DNA of 64,000 bases from a virus (taxonomy: Duplodnaviria > Caudoviricetes): the IMG/VR virus record IMGVR_UViG_3300026493_000002, one strand, 5' to 3'. Numbering within the stretch: position 1 is the stretch's first letter; the number at the start of each line of letters is the position of its first letter. The translations under genes were made by a program, and so were the position numbers. This document shows, in pieces, positions 1-9,754 of the stretch. The notes beneath the pieces were generated by a model, which ran no database searches, was not told the DNA's origin, and saw only the letters and a program-made list of their open reading frames with translations.

Positions 1-4
1 CGTT

Positions 5-2659
5 GTGCTGGGCAGTCGCCCGACCGAATACTTCTACAACGAGGAGCTCGACCTCACGGACGGCAAGCAGGGTCCGTGGTATGGTGTACCTCGCCGTAAG
101 ACGATCAAGGGCCATGAGTGTACGTTCTTTAGCACGCTCAGCCTGAACACGTTGGCGACCGGCCAGTCGAGTGGTGAGAACGCGATGATCGGCTACTTCG
201 GCCGTAATCTGGCGAACGCGATCACCAACAAGCACCAGTACGCCGTCGATGCTGACCGAATCTCGAACCACAAGACGGTGATGATTGATACCGTCAAGAA
301 GTTCGACAAGCTGATGGACAAGCTGGAGTCGCACGACGGTCCGGTGGCACTCGATAGTGAAACGGCGAACCTGAATCGTATCGCCAACAAGCTGTTGACC
401 ATCCAGTTCGCCAAGTGCCAGGACATTGGCTACCTGCTTCCGATTCATCACAAGGACACGCCGTTCCTGTCCGATGAATTGAAGTACATCAAGAAGCGGG
501 TGAGGAAGTTCCTCGAAGGCAACAATCGAAACACGTACCACATCTACACCAACGCGGGGTTCGACCTCAACGTCTTCCGCGCGCAGTTGAAGGTACGGTT
601 CTTCGCCAACAAGCTGTACGACATTCTCGCCGGCGAGTATGCACTGGACGAGAACCTCAAGTTCATGAGTACGGTGACCGGCGAATACTTCTATTCGTTG
701 GGCAACCTGAGCGTGCAGTACGGCTACACCGGTTACCTGACGGCCGAGTTCGGTAAGAAGAATCGTGCGACCATCGAGAGCCATGACCTGGACGAAAAGC
801 TCCAGCGTTACTGCACCCTCGACGTTGTGACGCCGTTCGCTATCGCCGAGCAGCAGGTCGCTCGCGCCGAGCATATGGGCCACAAGAAGTTCTTGTCCGT
901 CGTGACGGAACAGGTGTCCGATATGCTCCATACGTTCTCGCGTATGGAAATCAACGGCAACATGATTGACGTGAACTACCTGTTCTACCTCAAGACGCCG
1001 AACTCGCCGATTGAGGCCGAACTGAACAAGCTGCAGGACAAGCTGCTCAAGGCGCCGGCCGTAGTCAAGGCCAACAAGCGCCTGATGAAAGCCAAGGGTG
1101 TGTCTTCGCAAGGCTGGATGGGCGAAGTCACCGTCGATATGTTTTCGTTCAACAAGCCCGAGCATAAGCAACTCCTGTTCTTCGATATCCTCAAGCTGGA
1201 GCCGCTGACGCAAGGCAAGAGCGGCAAGGGCAAGATCGACAAGGCGTTCCAGGAGCATTACAAGGATGTGCCCGAAGTCGCCATGTTCCAGAACCTGGGC
1301 AAGGCGAAGAAGTTGCGTGATTCCTACGTCAACAGCTTCATCAAGCTGCTCGGCAGTTCGGACGACTTCAAGGGCGATCACCGCATTCGACCGCAGTACC
1401 AGTACCTCGTGGTGCTGACTGGTCGTACCTCGGCAAAGGATCCCAACCTGCAACAGATCCCTGCGCGTAGTGCGTTGGGTAAGCAGATCAAGCGCCTGTT
1501 CATTGCCGAGCCTGGCCACCTGTACATCAAGGTCGATTACCGTGTTCACGAAGTTCGCTGCTGGGGCCTGATCGCGTTCGACAAGAACCTGGCCAAGGTC
1601 TTCCAAGAAGCGAAGGACATGCGCGATGAATACCGCCGCAATCCGAATCCCGCTCTGGCCAAACGCCTTAAGCTGGAAGCCGACGTCCACGTCATCAACG
1701 CCGCGTACTTCTTCTCGGTCGCCGTCGACAAGGTGGACAAGGAGTTGCGTAACGCGGTTAAGGCAGTGGTGTTCGGTCTGATCTATCAGATGGCGGTGAA
1801 GACCCTGTCGAACAACCTGGGTAAGACGCTGGACTTCACCAAGAACCTGGTGAAGAACTTCCAGAAGCGATTCCCGAAAGCAATGAAGTGGAACGAAGAC
1901 GTGAAGGCGTCTGCGCGTAGCCAGTTCTTTGTCGAGTCGCCGCTTGGGTTGCGTCGTCACCTGTGGGGCTATCTGCTGCCTGAGGAAATCCAGCACGCAG
2001 AGAAGATCCACGGTGACATGGATCGTCGTGCAGTGAACAGTCCGGTGCAGGGCATGGGTGCGCAGTTCATGGCCATCGGTGCACGCGCGCTGGACAAGCT
2101 GTGGTGGAAGACGCTCAAGAAAGAGAAGCACGACACCGGCATCAAGATTTCCAACTCGGTTCACGATAGCTTGGAGAACAAGTCTCCGTACGTGACCTTC
2201 TTGGAGAACCTCGGCATGGTCGAACAGGCTCTCACTACCGAAGTGCGTAAGACCGTCCGTGATCGACACGGCTACGACTTCGACGTGGATCTTGAAATCG
2301 ACTTTGAAATCGGTTCGACTCTCGCCAACTGCGACGGCTGGGACTTCTCCCTGTTGCAGCTGGAGGAGCTGGCGTATACCTCCATCCTGTTCCAGAAGGA
2401 GGAGTTGAAGTACGACGTGTCCGTGAAGCGTGCGATGAAGGAAGTATTCGTTGAAGGCTGGGAGAGAGCGCCGGAGTGGTTGAAACTCCAGGCGAAGAAC
2501 ATCGGCTGGAAGTACGACTACGACGTGATCCGCAAGCGACTGGCAGATCGTGCTATCGCCGAAGCCAAGGCTGCTATCGAAGCCGAAGAGAAGCGTAAGG
2601 CCGAAGAGGCTGCCAAGGCGGCAGAAGAAGCCAAGCCGAAGAAGAAGGCCAAGAAGTAG
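5..2659 (+). CDS. DNA polymerase family A with 3'-5' exonuclease domain (5' end probably upstream of window)
   Basis: ExoI-like LDSET; motif A KVDYRVHEVR; motif B RNAVKAVVFGLIY; motif C NSVHDSL; RTSAKDPNLQQIP; frame open to window edge. Confidence 0.95.
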   Translation: MLGSRPTEYFYNEELDLTDGKQGPWYGVPRRKTIKGHECTFFSTLSLNTLATGQSSGENAMIGYFGRNLANAITNKHQYAVDADRISNHKTVMIDTVKKFDKLMDKLESHDGPVALDSETANLNRIANKLLTIQFAKCQDIGYLLPIHHKDTPFLSDELKYIKKRVRKFLEGNNRNTYHIYTNAGFDLNVFRAQLKVRFFANKLYDILAGEYALDENLKFMSTVTGEYFYSLGNLSVQYGYTGYLTAEFGKKNRATIESHDLDEKLQRYCTLDVVTPFAIAEQQVARAEHMGHKKFLSVVTEQVSDMLHTFSRMEINGNMIDVNYLFYLKTPNSPIEAELNKLQDKLLKAPAVVKANKRLMKAKGVSSQGWMGEVTVDMFSFNKPEHKQLLFFDILKLEPLTQGKSGKGKIDKAFQEHYKDVPEVAMFQNLGKAKKLRDSYVNSFIKLLGSSDDFKGDHRIRPQYQYLVVLTGRTSAKDPNLQQIPARSALGKQIKRLFIAEPGHLYIKVDYRVHEVRCWGLIAFDKNLAKVFQEAKDMRDEYRRNPNPALAKRLKLEADVHVINAAYFFSVAVDKVDKELRNAVKAVVFGLIYQMAVKTLSNNLGKTLDFTKNLVKNFQKRFPKAMKWNEDVKASARSQFFVESPLGLRRHLWGYLLPEEIQHAEKIHGDMDRRAVNSPVQGMGAQFMAIGARALDKLWWKTLKKEKHDTGIKISNSVHDSLENKSPYVTFLENLGMVEQALTTEVRKTVRDRHGYDFDVDLEIDFEIGSTLANCDGWDFSLLQLEELAYTSILFQKEELKYDVSVKRAMKEVFVEGWERAPEWLKLQAKNIGWKYDYDVIRKRLADRAIAEAKAAIEAEEKRKAEEAAKAAEEAKPKKKAKK

Positions 2660-2661
2660 GT

Positions 2662-2668
2662 CTGTAAA
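2662..2668 (+). promoter_or_regulatory. CTGTAAA recurrent motif (candidate phage promoter element)
   Basis: one of 11 + strand copies at gene boundaries. Confidence 0.5.
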
Positions 2669-2679
2669 TAACCAAGAGT

Positions 2680-2700
2680 GGCCCAGGACGATCCTGGGCC
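2680..2700 (+). other. 9-bp hairpin GGCCCAGGA-cga-TCCTGGGCC
   Basis: perfect inverted repeat in intergenic DNA, weak U tail. Confidence 0.5.
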
Positions 2701-2731
2701 TTAGTCGTATTGACAGGATGGGGATCCTCCT

Positions 2732-3520
2732 ATGAATGACATTGACAAGCTCCAGGAGCGCGCCGACCGCATTGATGAATTGCAGTTGCGCGTGCGCTAT
2801 GGCATCGAGGGTGAGGGTCCGTTCATCGGGCGTCCCTGCATCCACATCCACAACCTCGGTGATGACGAAGGTCTGGTCCGACGTGACGTTGAGGCCGCGA
2901 TCATCGCAGCGTACAAGTCATACATGGATCCCGAGCGTGAGCCGCGCGTTCCGTGGAGCGCGTTGCAGATCGTGTTCCACTCGCAGGACCTGTCCGACTC
3001 GTTCCAGCGTTGCCTCGCGTCCATGCTGTCCAGCAGCGATGACACCGAAGAAATCGTGATGCTGGAGACGTACTTCCCCAACATCGTGATCGAGACCAAT
3101 GGCCGTACGCCTCTCGGTCCGCTGTTGCTGGACGTGCTGCACCTGTATCCCGGCGACGTTCATTTCGTCGTGACGCAGTACATGCCGATGATCGGTCAGG
3201 CCTTCGACCCGCGTTCGATCATGACCTACATGCGTCCGAAGTCCGAGGTCAACTTCAAGTTCGTGTACGACTGCGGTTCCTTCGATGCTCACCAAATGGC
3301 CATCGGGTTCCAACAGCTGGACGAACTTCTGGCCAAGTACCGCACGCATCAGTTCCTGCGCCCGCGTGAGGCACGTGAGCCCGAACGTTACGTGTGGCTG
3401 ATCGGCTCAACGCCTGGCGGTCGTCCCGGCTCCAAGGCCTGCGACGTGCTGCAACGATTCGCGCTCAGTCGCGGCTACAACTTCACTGTCGGCTTCTCCT
3501 CACCCTTCTCCCCACGGTAG
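2732..3520 (+). CDS. QueE/NrdG-like radical-SAM-fold protein lacking CxxxCxxC
   Basis: GEGPFIGRPCIHIH, NIVIETNG, FKFVYD match QueE-family segments; the Fe-S cysteine triad is absent. Confidence 0.55.
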   Translation: MNDIDKLQERADRIDELQLRVRYGIEGEGPFIGRPCIHIHNLGDDEGLVRRDVEAAIIAAYKSYMDPEREPRVPWSALQIVFHSQDLSDSFQRCLASMLSSSDDTEEIVMLETYFPNIVIETNGRTPLGPLLLDVLHLYPGDVHFVVTQYMPMIGQAFDPRSIMTYMRPKSEVNFKFVYDCGSFDAHQMAIGFQQLDELLAKYRTHQFLRPREAREPERYVWLIGSTPGGRPGSKACDVLQRFALSRGYNFTVGFSSPFSPR

Positions 3521-3544
3521 GCCGACGCTCTATCAGAGCCCCAT

Positions 3545-3979
3545 ATGAGTCACTCTATCAAAGGCATCGCCGCGTATTTCAACACCGGCGCCTTTACCTT
3601 CTTTGAGGAAGAGGCACCCGGCTTCATCAATTCCGTTCTGGACAGATTCGGTTCTTACTGCGGTGAGTTGAATGCGGCTGCGGCTCTCGTTGATCAGGAC
3701 GCAGACTTCCCACCGTTTGCCCTCTGCGACGACTTCGCCGAGTGTGTGATCGAAGCCTTTGAGGAGCGTGCCACCGAAGCTCGCATTAAACGTCCACGTG
3801 TCGCAGAGATTGTAAAGATCCTCGAACTGTGTACGTTCACCGCCCTCAGCTATGAGTCGGCGGACAACACCCTTTACGCGCATGTGGATATGTTGATGCC
3901 CTCGATCCATGAAGAACTGGCCGAGCGTGGCGTTGACTTCTACACGCAACCCAAAACCCTGTATACCTACAAGCACTAG
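3545..3979 (+). CDS. hypothetical protein
   Basis: ORF packed between neighbours; no motif recognised. Confidence 0.75.
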   Translation: MSHSIKGIAAYFNTGAFTFFEEEAPGFINSVLDRFGSYCGELNAAAALVDQDADFPPFALCDDFAECVIEAFEERATEARIKRPRVAEIVKILELCTFTALSYESADNTLYAHVDMLMPSIHEELAERGVDFYTQPKTLYTYKH

Positions 3980-3990
3980 AGGACCAAATA

Positions 3991-5190
3991 GTGGCAATCG
4001 ACTACTCTTTCGACAAGCCCAAAGCCTTCAAGTTCAGCGCGAATGCGAAGGACTTGGAGCAGGTGCTGTCTCGCGTCAGTGGCGTCATGGGCGCCAGTGC
4101 ATCGCAGACCAAGCACTACTTTCTGATCGCACGACACCGGAAGCTGTGCGTGCTGGCATTCAATCAGGACACCTTCTGTGCCGTCGTGGCACCGAACGCC
4201 GTATCGGAATCTGACGGCGCAGTCGGCATCCAGCCTGCTACCCTGCAGGGCGTCATCAAGGCGCGTGCCGAAATGGACTTCGAGTTCTCCGGTCAGGAAC
4301 TGATCTTCAAGGCCGCGAAGGGCAAGTACAACGGCAAGGTCGTGGTCGAAGCTGTGACCAGCGAGCAGATCGCCTACATCGCTGCGACGTTCGGTGCATC
4401 GGCGAAGAAGACCGACGCAACCTCCGGCCTGTCGCGTGCAACGCTCGACACCCTCAAGGAAGGCATGCGCCTGACTGCGGTCGCCGACGTGTACACCGGC
4501 AAGGACCTGGCCTCGTTCGTCGTGTTCGAGCCGAAGTCCATCATGGTGTCGTCGTTCGATCACCATCACTTCGCGCTGTATCGCAAGAAGCTCAAGGACT
4601 CGACCCTGGACTTCCGCGTTGCACTGCCGATCAACCACTTCAACATCATCGACAAGATGATGGAGAGCGCCGGCAAGGATGCGAAGTTCATCCTGCGTCC
4701 CGAAGCGATCCGTGTTGAAGGCCCGAACTTCCTGCTGTCGCTTCCCGCCACGCAGGCCGAGGACGTCAACTTCGACCGTACCGCCAAGTTCCTGAAAACG
4801 CATGGCGAACTGCCGTACCGTTTCAGCTACTCGCACGATACCATGTCGAAGCTGGTGGACAACCTGTTCACCCTGAACGCCGACAACTCTCGCTTCGAGA
4901 TTGCGTACAAGAAGGACTCCATCGGCTTCACCTTCGCGACGCAGGCCGGCGCAGCTTCGGATGCCTTCAAGGTCAAGACCCTGACGGCGAAGAATCCCGA
5001 AGCGAAGGTCAACATCGAACCGCGTCTCCTGCGCGACCTGATCCGCCTCGGCAAGGGTCAGAAGGAAACGGTGTTGGCGTTCAAGGAGAACGTCATCTGT
5101 ATGATCGAGAGCAAGATCGAGAGCGGCGCAAGCCTGACCCTCGCCTGCGCGGTCGTGGTCGACGAAAAGAAGACCAAGAAGAAAAAGTGA
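3991..5190 (+). CDS. DNA polymerase sliding clamp, beta-subunit-like
   Basis: ~400 aa with three repeated clamp-like domains (KLCVLAFNQDTFC; GAVGIQPATLQGVIK; IMVSSFDHHHFALY); next to polymerase. Confidence 0.7.
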   Translation: MAIDYSFDKPKAFKFSANAKDLEQVLSRVSGVMGASASQTKHYFLIARHRKLCVLAFNQDTFCAVVAPNAVSESDGAVGIQPATLQGVIKARAEMDFEFSGQELIFKAAKGKYNGKVVVEAVTSEQIAYIAATFGASAKKTDATSGLSRATLDTLKEGMRLTAVADVYTGKDLASFVVFEPKSIMVSSFDHHHFALYRKKLKDSTLDFRVALPINHFNIIDKMMESAGKDAKFILRPEAIRVEGPNFLLSLPATQAEDVNFDRTAKFLKTHGELPYRFSYSHDTMSKLVDNLFTLNADNSRFEIAYKKDSIGFTFATQAGAASDAFKVKTLTAKNPEAKVNIEPRLLRDLIRLGKGQKETVLAFKENVICMIESKIESGASLTLACAVVVDEKKTKKKK

Positions 5191-5197
5191 GGGCAAC

Positions 5198-5740
5198 ATG
5201 GCAATGCGAAGCCCAGTAGTAGCGGGAGCAAAGTTCACGCTCCCGTTCTCTCGGGTACTCGGGCGTGCCAGCGGTGACGATCAACAGGAAGAAGGTACGG
5301 CAGAGGTATCACGGCTGAGTTCCGCCATGATCCAAACCGGTGAACAGCGGCTGGATGCACTTCCAGTCGCTTACACCAACCGCTTCTTGAACGTCGGTGT
5401 ACCGCGCAACAATCCCGGTATCCAGCACTCCGTCTACTTCTCCCGCAGGCCGGTAACTGATCGTTACACCATCGAACAGGAGTTCCGCGTCTCCGGCTAC
5501 ATGAGCTACAGCTACCTCCATAGCGGCTCTATGGTCGTCGGCGTCGTGTTCTCCACCGACCGTTCCAAGACTACGGTCGAAGAGTACAAGCTGGCTGTGC
5601 GTGGTCGTGAACTCGGCAAGCGATTCGTTCCCAACTTCAATCTGGAGAAGCTGGGCTTGTTGATCTTCACCGCGGACAGCAGTTCGACGCTGGTGGTTCC
5701 GAACGACTTCGACTCCAGCTTGCTGGTCCGATCGGACTAA
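5198..5740 (+). CDS. hypothetical protein
   Basis: ORF with GAGG RBS. Confidence 0.75.
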   Translation: MAMRSPVVAGAKFTLPFSRVLGRASGDDQQEEGTAEVSRLSSAMIQTGEQRLDALPVAYTNRFLNVGVPRNNPGIQHSVYFSRRPVTDRYTIEQEFRVSGYMSYSYLHSGSMVVGVVFSTDRSKTTVEEYKLAVRGRELGKRFVPNFNLEKLGLLIFTADSSSTLVVPNDFDSSLLVRSD

Positions 5741-5748
5741 GGTAACCA

Positions 5749-6282
5749 ATGAAAACAAGCACTGACCGCGTCCTCAGACTCATTAAGGGCGACAGCAAGT
5801 TCAAGCGCCTGAGCAAGGCGTTCGCCGACTCTCCGATCTACAACATCCCACGCGAACGGATGCTGGAAGAAATCAAGGAGATCCACGAGTTGCGGGAATC
5901 GCGTCGGCTGAATCGACGTGACCCTGACTTTGTGGACAAGCTGGTTGAAGCCAACATCCGTGACATGGCCAGTCGTTCGCGTCTCACGGCGATCATCGCC
6001 AACTGTGCCGAGACGTCGGACAAGCTGGCTCTGGCCTGCAAGTCCTTGAAGCAGCACATGCTGCTGACGTATCCGGAGCATCTGCGCCAGTACCGGACCA
6101 AGGAAGAGCGCATCCTGATCCTCGACATGGCTCTGAGGAAGTACCTCAACTACGTGGATCAGGTCGATTCGATCAAGAACATCGCCATCTTGGTCGTCAA
6201 CGACATTGACAAGGCCGCGTGGTCCTTGAAGCTGATCGTGGAGACGTTGAAGATCACGTCCGGCCGCGAGTCCTCACTCTGA
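5749..6282 (+). CDS. helical protein, possibly UvsY-like recombination mediator
   Basis: all-helical character, C-terminal DIDKAAWSLKLIVE resembles UvsY end, directly upstream of UvsW-like helicase. Confidence 0.4.
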   Translation: MKTSTDRVLRLIKGDSKFKRLSKAFADSPIYNIPRERMLEEIKEIHELRESRRLNRRDPDFVDKLVEANIRDMASRSRLTAIIANCAETSDKLALACKSLKQHMLLTYPEHLRQYRTKEERILILDMALRKYLNYVDQVDSIKNIAILVVNDIDKAAWSLKLIVETLKITSGRESSL

Positions 6283-6313
6283 GCCTGCGCGAGACTCGCA
6301 TTCCCGAGATCCA

Positions 6314-6336
6314 AGCCCGTCATCGCCGGACGGGCT
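6314..6336 (+). terminator. hairpin AGCCCGTC/GACGGGCT, possible terminator
   Basis: perfect 8-bp stem after gene end with T/G-rich tail. Confidence 0.4.
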
Positions 6337-6406
6337 GTCTTGCGTTTGTGGGTTGGATTCTCCTGTTGTGCCCGATGGGCTATGTTATTGTCAATGTCAT
6401 CCTAGA

Positions 6407-6413
6407 CTGTAAA
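6407..6413 (+). promoter_or_regulatory. CTGTAAA motif
   Basis: intergenic, 44 nt before helicase start. Confidence 0.5.
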
Positions 6414-6456
6414 CCGTAATTCTTATGAAGCACACCTATCCCGTTGAGAGTAGACC

Positions 6457-8157
6457 GTGAGCAAAGACAAAATCATCGTGCGGGACCGGATCTACATTCC
6501 GATCAAGGTCCTCGACATGGAGACCGTGAAGAAGGAATACTCCAAGCGTATGTATGACCACGCGGTCTGCAAGAAGTGTGACTACAGGGAAGAGCGGCAC
6601 AGCTATATCTGCGACACCTGTGAGGCGTATCAGGGTCAGGTGAAGCTCTACAACACCAAGGAGATTGACGACAGGACCTATGTCGGCGTTCCTACTGGCG
6701 ACAAGCGCCTGATCCCGAAGAAGCTGGGCATCGACTGGTCTGACTTCAAGGTACGTGACCTGCGTTCCCGCTTCCCGTTCGATCACAAGGTGAAGCTGAC
6801 GATCGACCTTCGTAAGAACCAAGAGGAGGCTGTGTCCGATTACCTGAAACACGGATACGGCATTCTCGAAGCACCGCCTCGTACGGGTAAGACCTTGATG
6901 GCGCTGGCTATCGGCGTGCGCCTCGGGTACAAGTTCGTCGTGCTTGCCAATCAGCACGAATTCCTCACTCAGTTCATGGATCATATCCACGGCAACGAGA
7001 AAGAAGGCATTCCGAAGTGTACCAACCTGCCTGAACTGGAAGAGAAGACTGGCAAGAAGCTGTACGGTATCCCGAAGACGGACGAGGACTTCAAGAACTT
7101 CCAAATCTTCGTGATGACCTATCAGCAGTACCTCAGCGAAAAGTCCGGCAAGGACCGCATGAGGAAGATCATCAAGAAGGTCGGCAGTCTCGTGGTCGAC
7201 GAAGTCCACAAGGCTGGCGCATCCGGCTATGCGAAGGTGATCCAGAAGTTCCCCGTTGCGCATCGCGTAGGCGTGACTGCAACGCTGGACCGTAAGGACG
7301 GTCGCCAGTTCATCGTGAAGCAAATCTTCGGGCCGATCAATGCCAGATCGAAGGTCGATTCGTTGATCCCCACGGTGTTCGTCCACGAGACGGGATTCAC
7401 GTCCAAGCGCAAGTATCAGGGCAAGCGTGCATGGGTGTTCGCCATGCAGGCAATCGCAAAGGACAAGGCCCGCAACAAGTTCATCGTGGACTACGTGATG
7501 AAGGACCTTGCGAAGGGTCACAACATCGTGATCCCGGTCATGTTCAAGAACCACGTCTACGAGCTCCAGCGCCTTATCAACGAACGCTGGAAGGAAATGG
7601 GCAAGCGCGACAACATCTGCGAGGTGTTCGTCGGCGGTGGTGGTAAGAAGAACAAGGACGACCGCAAGGTCAAGCTGATGGAGGCAAAGCTCAACAAGGT
7701 GCGCGTGATCGTTGGTATCCGCAGCCTGTTGCAGCTGGGTCTGAACGTGCCGTCGTGGAGCGCGATCTACACCGCCATGCCTATCAGCAACGAGCCGAAC
7801 TACAAGCAGGAGACTTCGCGTGTGCGTACGCCTCTTGAGGGCAAGCGTACTCCGATCATTCGCATCTTCTTCGAGGAGGGACTGGGCCAGAGCGTTGGCT
7901 GTGGTCGCAACTGCCTCAAGCACTGCGGCATCTTCGGCTACAACTTCTCCAAGACTCCGAAGCAGCAGCGCCTGATGGGCATCCTCGCCAACTCGGGTCG
8001 TCAACAGCGACAAGGCAATGACCTCGACGATATGTTCAAGGCGTCGATGGATGCCCTGTTCTCCGAGTCCGGCACGTCCGGCCGCGACAAGGGTAAGGGC
8101 AAGAAGGGCAAGTACGGTCAGCAGCCTCGCGCTCGACAATCCATTACCGGTTTCTAA
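6457..8157 (+). CDS. superfamily 2 helicase, UvsW/Rad25-like, with N-terminal Zn-binding CxxC pairs
   Basis: APPRTGKT (I), VVDEVH (II), GVTAT (III), GLNVP (V), QETSRVR (VI); CKKC...CDTC. Confidence 0.9.
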   Translation: MSKDKIIVRDRIYIPIKVLDMETVKKEYSKRMYDHAVCKKCDYREERHSYICDTCEAYQGQVKLYNTKEIDDRTYVGVPTGDKRLIPKKLGIDWSDFKVRDLRSRFPFDHKVKLTIDLRKNQEEAVSDYLKHGYGILEAPPRTGKTLMALAIGVRLGYKFVVLANQHEFLTQFMDHIHGNEKEGIPKCTNLPELEEKTGKKLYGIPKTDEDFKNFQIFVMTYQQYLSEKSGKDRMRKIIKKVGSLVVDEVHKAGASGYAKVIQKFPVAHRVGVTATLDRKDGRQFIVKQIFGPINARSKVDSLIPTVFVHETGFTSKRKYQGKRAWVFAMQAIAKDKARNKFIVDYVMKDLAKGHNIVIPVMFKNHVYELQRLINERWKEMGKRDNICEVFVGGGGKKNKDDRKVKLMEAKLNKVRVIVGIRSLLQLGLNVPSWSAIYTAMPISNEPNYKQETSRVRTPLEGKRTPIIRIFFEEGLGQSVGCGRNCLKHCGIFGYNFSKTPKQQRLMGILANSGRQQRQGNDLDDMFKASMDALFSESGTSGRDKGKGKKGKYGQQPRARQSITGF

Positions 8158-8166
8158 GGAGCCGAC

Positions 8167-8502
8167 ATGCGTGCAGTAAAATCTCTGTTCGATCTACTGC
8201 CGGGCGCTGCAATGCCGCCTCTTCCGAACTTGCCCGAACCGGCACGTAAGGAAGAGGACGGCACCCGTCTGTACACCGAGGAGCAGGTGACCGTCTTGCT
8301 CTACAGGCTGCTCAACAGTCCCACCCACGTAAACGATCACGTGGAGCTCAATCGAATGCTGGCTCGTCTTGGCCAATTCGTGGATGCCGAAGAGGGTTAC
8401 ATGACCCGTGACCGGCACCATGATTTGCAGTTCATCCTGATCGGCCTGTTGTCGGTCCGCAACGAACTCTTCGGATTACCGTCGAATTTGCCTCCCGTCT
8501 AA
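8167..8502 (+). CDS. hypothetical protein
   Basis: AAGGAG RBS. Confidence 0.75.
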   Translation: MRAVKSLFDLLPGAAMPPLPNLPEPARKEEDGTRLYTEEQVTVLLYRLLNSPTHVNDHVELNRMLARLGQFVDAEEGYMTRDRHHDLQFILIGLLSVRNELFGLPSNLPPV

Positions 8503-8504
8503 TG

Positions 8505-8511
8505 CTGTAAA
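8505..8511 (+). promoter_or_regulatory. CTGTAAA motif
   Basis: immediately after stop codon, intergenic. Confidence 0.5.
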
Positions 8512-8553
8512 GAACCCATGTAACACCCACCGAGTATTCACCAAGGAATCACT

Positions 8554-9078
8554 ATGACTGACACCATTACCCACCTCAAACTGAGCGATCCGATTGCCAA
8601 TTTCGATCTGGCTTTCGATGACTGTGCGGACACCGGCAACCTCTGCATTTCCGTGGAGCTCGTGGACAGCACGGCACTTGCCGACTTCGGCATTCAGGGT
8701 CCCGCGGCCAACATCAAGGCAAAGTTCCTGCTGGTGTCGGCGCTGCCTGCAATCTTGAGGAAGATCATCGAGGGCAAGCAGCACCGAGGCGGCGTGACGT
8801 TCTCGATGCTCGACGCGGAAGGCAAGACCGTCGCGTCACGCCGCTTCCGTGTGAAGTCGGCCAGCAGCAAGATCAAGATGAACGCCTCCGACGGCGGTCG
8901 TCGCACCCGAAAGCCGGATCCCAAGAGCGACACCTTGTACGAGCAGGCCGAAATGTTCGAGAAGTGGACCATGCGCCAGAGCGCAGAAATCCGTGACCTC
9001 TTGGCGTGCATCGCCAGCAGTGGCGCCACTCTGCCGACTGTCGAAGTCCTGTTCATCGAGGAGAGTAACGGTGTCTGA
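8554..9078 (+). CDS. hypothetical protein
   Basis: AAGGA RBS. Confidence 0.75.
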   Translation: MTDTITHLKLSDPIANFDLAFDDCADTGNLCISVELVDSTALADFGIQGPAANIKAKFLLVSALPAILRKIIEGKQHRGGVTFSMLDAEGKTVASRRFRVKSASSKIKMNASDGGRRTRKPDPKSDTLYEQAEMFEKWTMRQSAEIRDLLACIASSGATLPTVEVLFIEESNGV

Positions 9079-9754
9079 TATTGACGAACTGGAAGACGAA
9101 GTAGACGAACAGCAGATTCAGGTCGAGCCGATCAAGATTCGCCCGCTCCCTGATGATCGCAAGAAGCTGCTGATCGCACGTGGTGTCCCCGGCCAGGACC
9201 TCATGACTGACGGTGTTCCGGTGTTCGATGCCGTGGACTACTTGGTGCGCATGGAGCCTGACGTTCCGGGCGTGACCAACAAGACCATCAGTGCCAAGAA
9301 ACAGATGGACAAGCTGCGCACCATCCTGCGCAATCCGCTGCGTCGTCAGCCCTACACGATTGCCATTGGGTCCTATCCGAGCGATGCGCGTGCGAAGTAT
9401 CTGGCGCACACGTTGTTCAACGCCGCGATCACCCAGTATCAGAAGGATCGTCTGCGCTTCGGTGCCCGCGGTCTGCCGATGTGGCATCGCGTGTGGGGCA
9501 ACTACAAGGACGCGCTGCGCGATGCTCCCGGTAAGGAGACGCCCAGCATGTTGTTCATCGCCAACATCCATGACGAGTCCACGAGTCTCAAGATCGAGAA
9601 GGTCCGTGACTTGTTGGAAATGTACTCCGACATTCCTCGCGTTGTCATCACCGGCGGCAGCGCACCGATCGACCTCTTCCAATACCGATTGTCCTATCCG
9701 CTGACGGCCGGCTTCTACGTTGGCCCGCCGAACCTGATCAAGGAGAACATCTGA
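9071..9754 (+). CDS. degenerate DnaC/IstB-like AAA+ fold protein (start moved to GTG 9071)
   Basis: AKYLAHTLFNAA, SMLFIANIHDE, DLLEMY...PRVVIT follow DnaC topology; Walker A/B not intact; GGAG RBS. Confidence 0.45.
   Translation: MSDIDELEDEVDEQQIQVEPIKIRPLPDDRKKLLIARGVPGQDLMTDGVPVFDAVDYLVRMEPDVPGVTNKTISAKKQMDKLRTILRNPLRRQPYTIAIGSYPSDARAKYLAHTLFNAAITQYQKDRLRFGARGLPMWHRVWGNYKDALRDAPGKETPSMLFIANIHDESTSLKIEKVRDLLEMYSDIPRVVITGGSAPIDLFQYRLSYPLTAGFYVGPPNLIKENI

Noticed and set aside
2732-3520. 7-deazaguanine DNA modification pathway
   Set aside because: QueE-like gene lacks its Fe-S motif and no dpdA, folE, queD or queC is in the window.
5-8157. Inteins or introns in polymerase or helicase
   Set aside because: Motif spacing is normal; no C/S...HN-C/S/T intein ends or LAGLIDADG/HNH inserts recognised.
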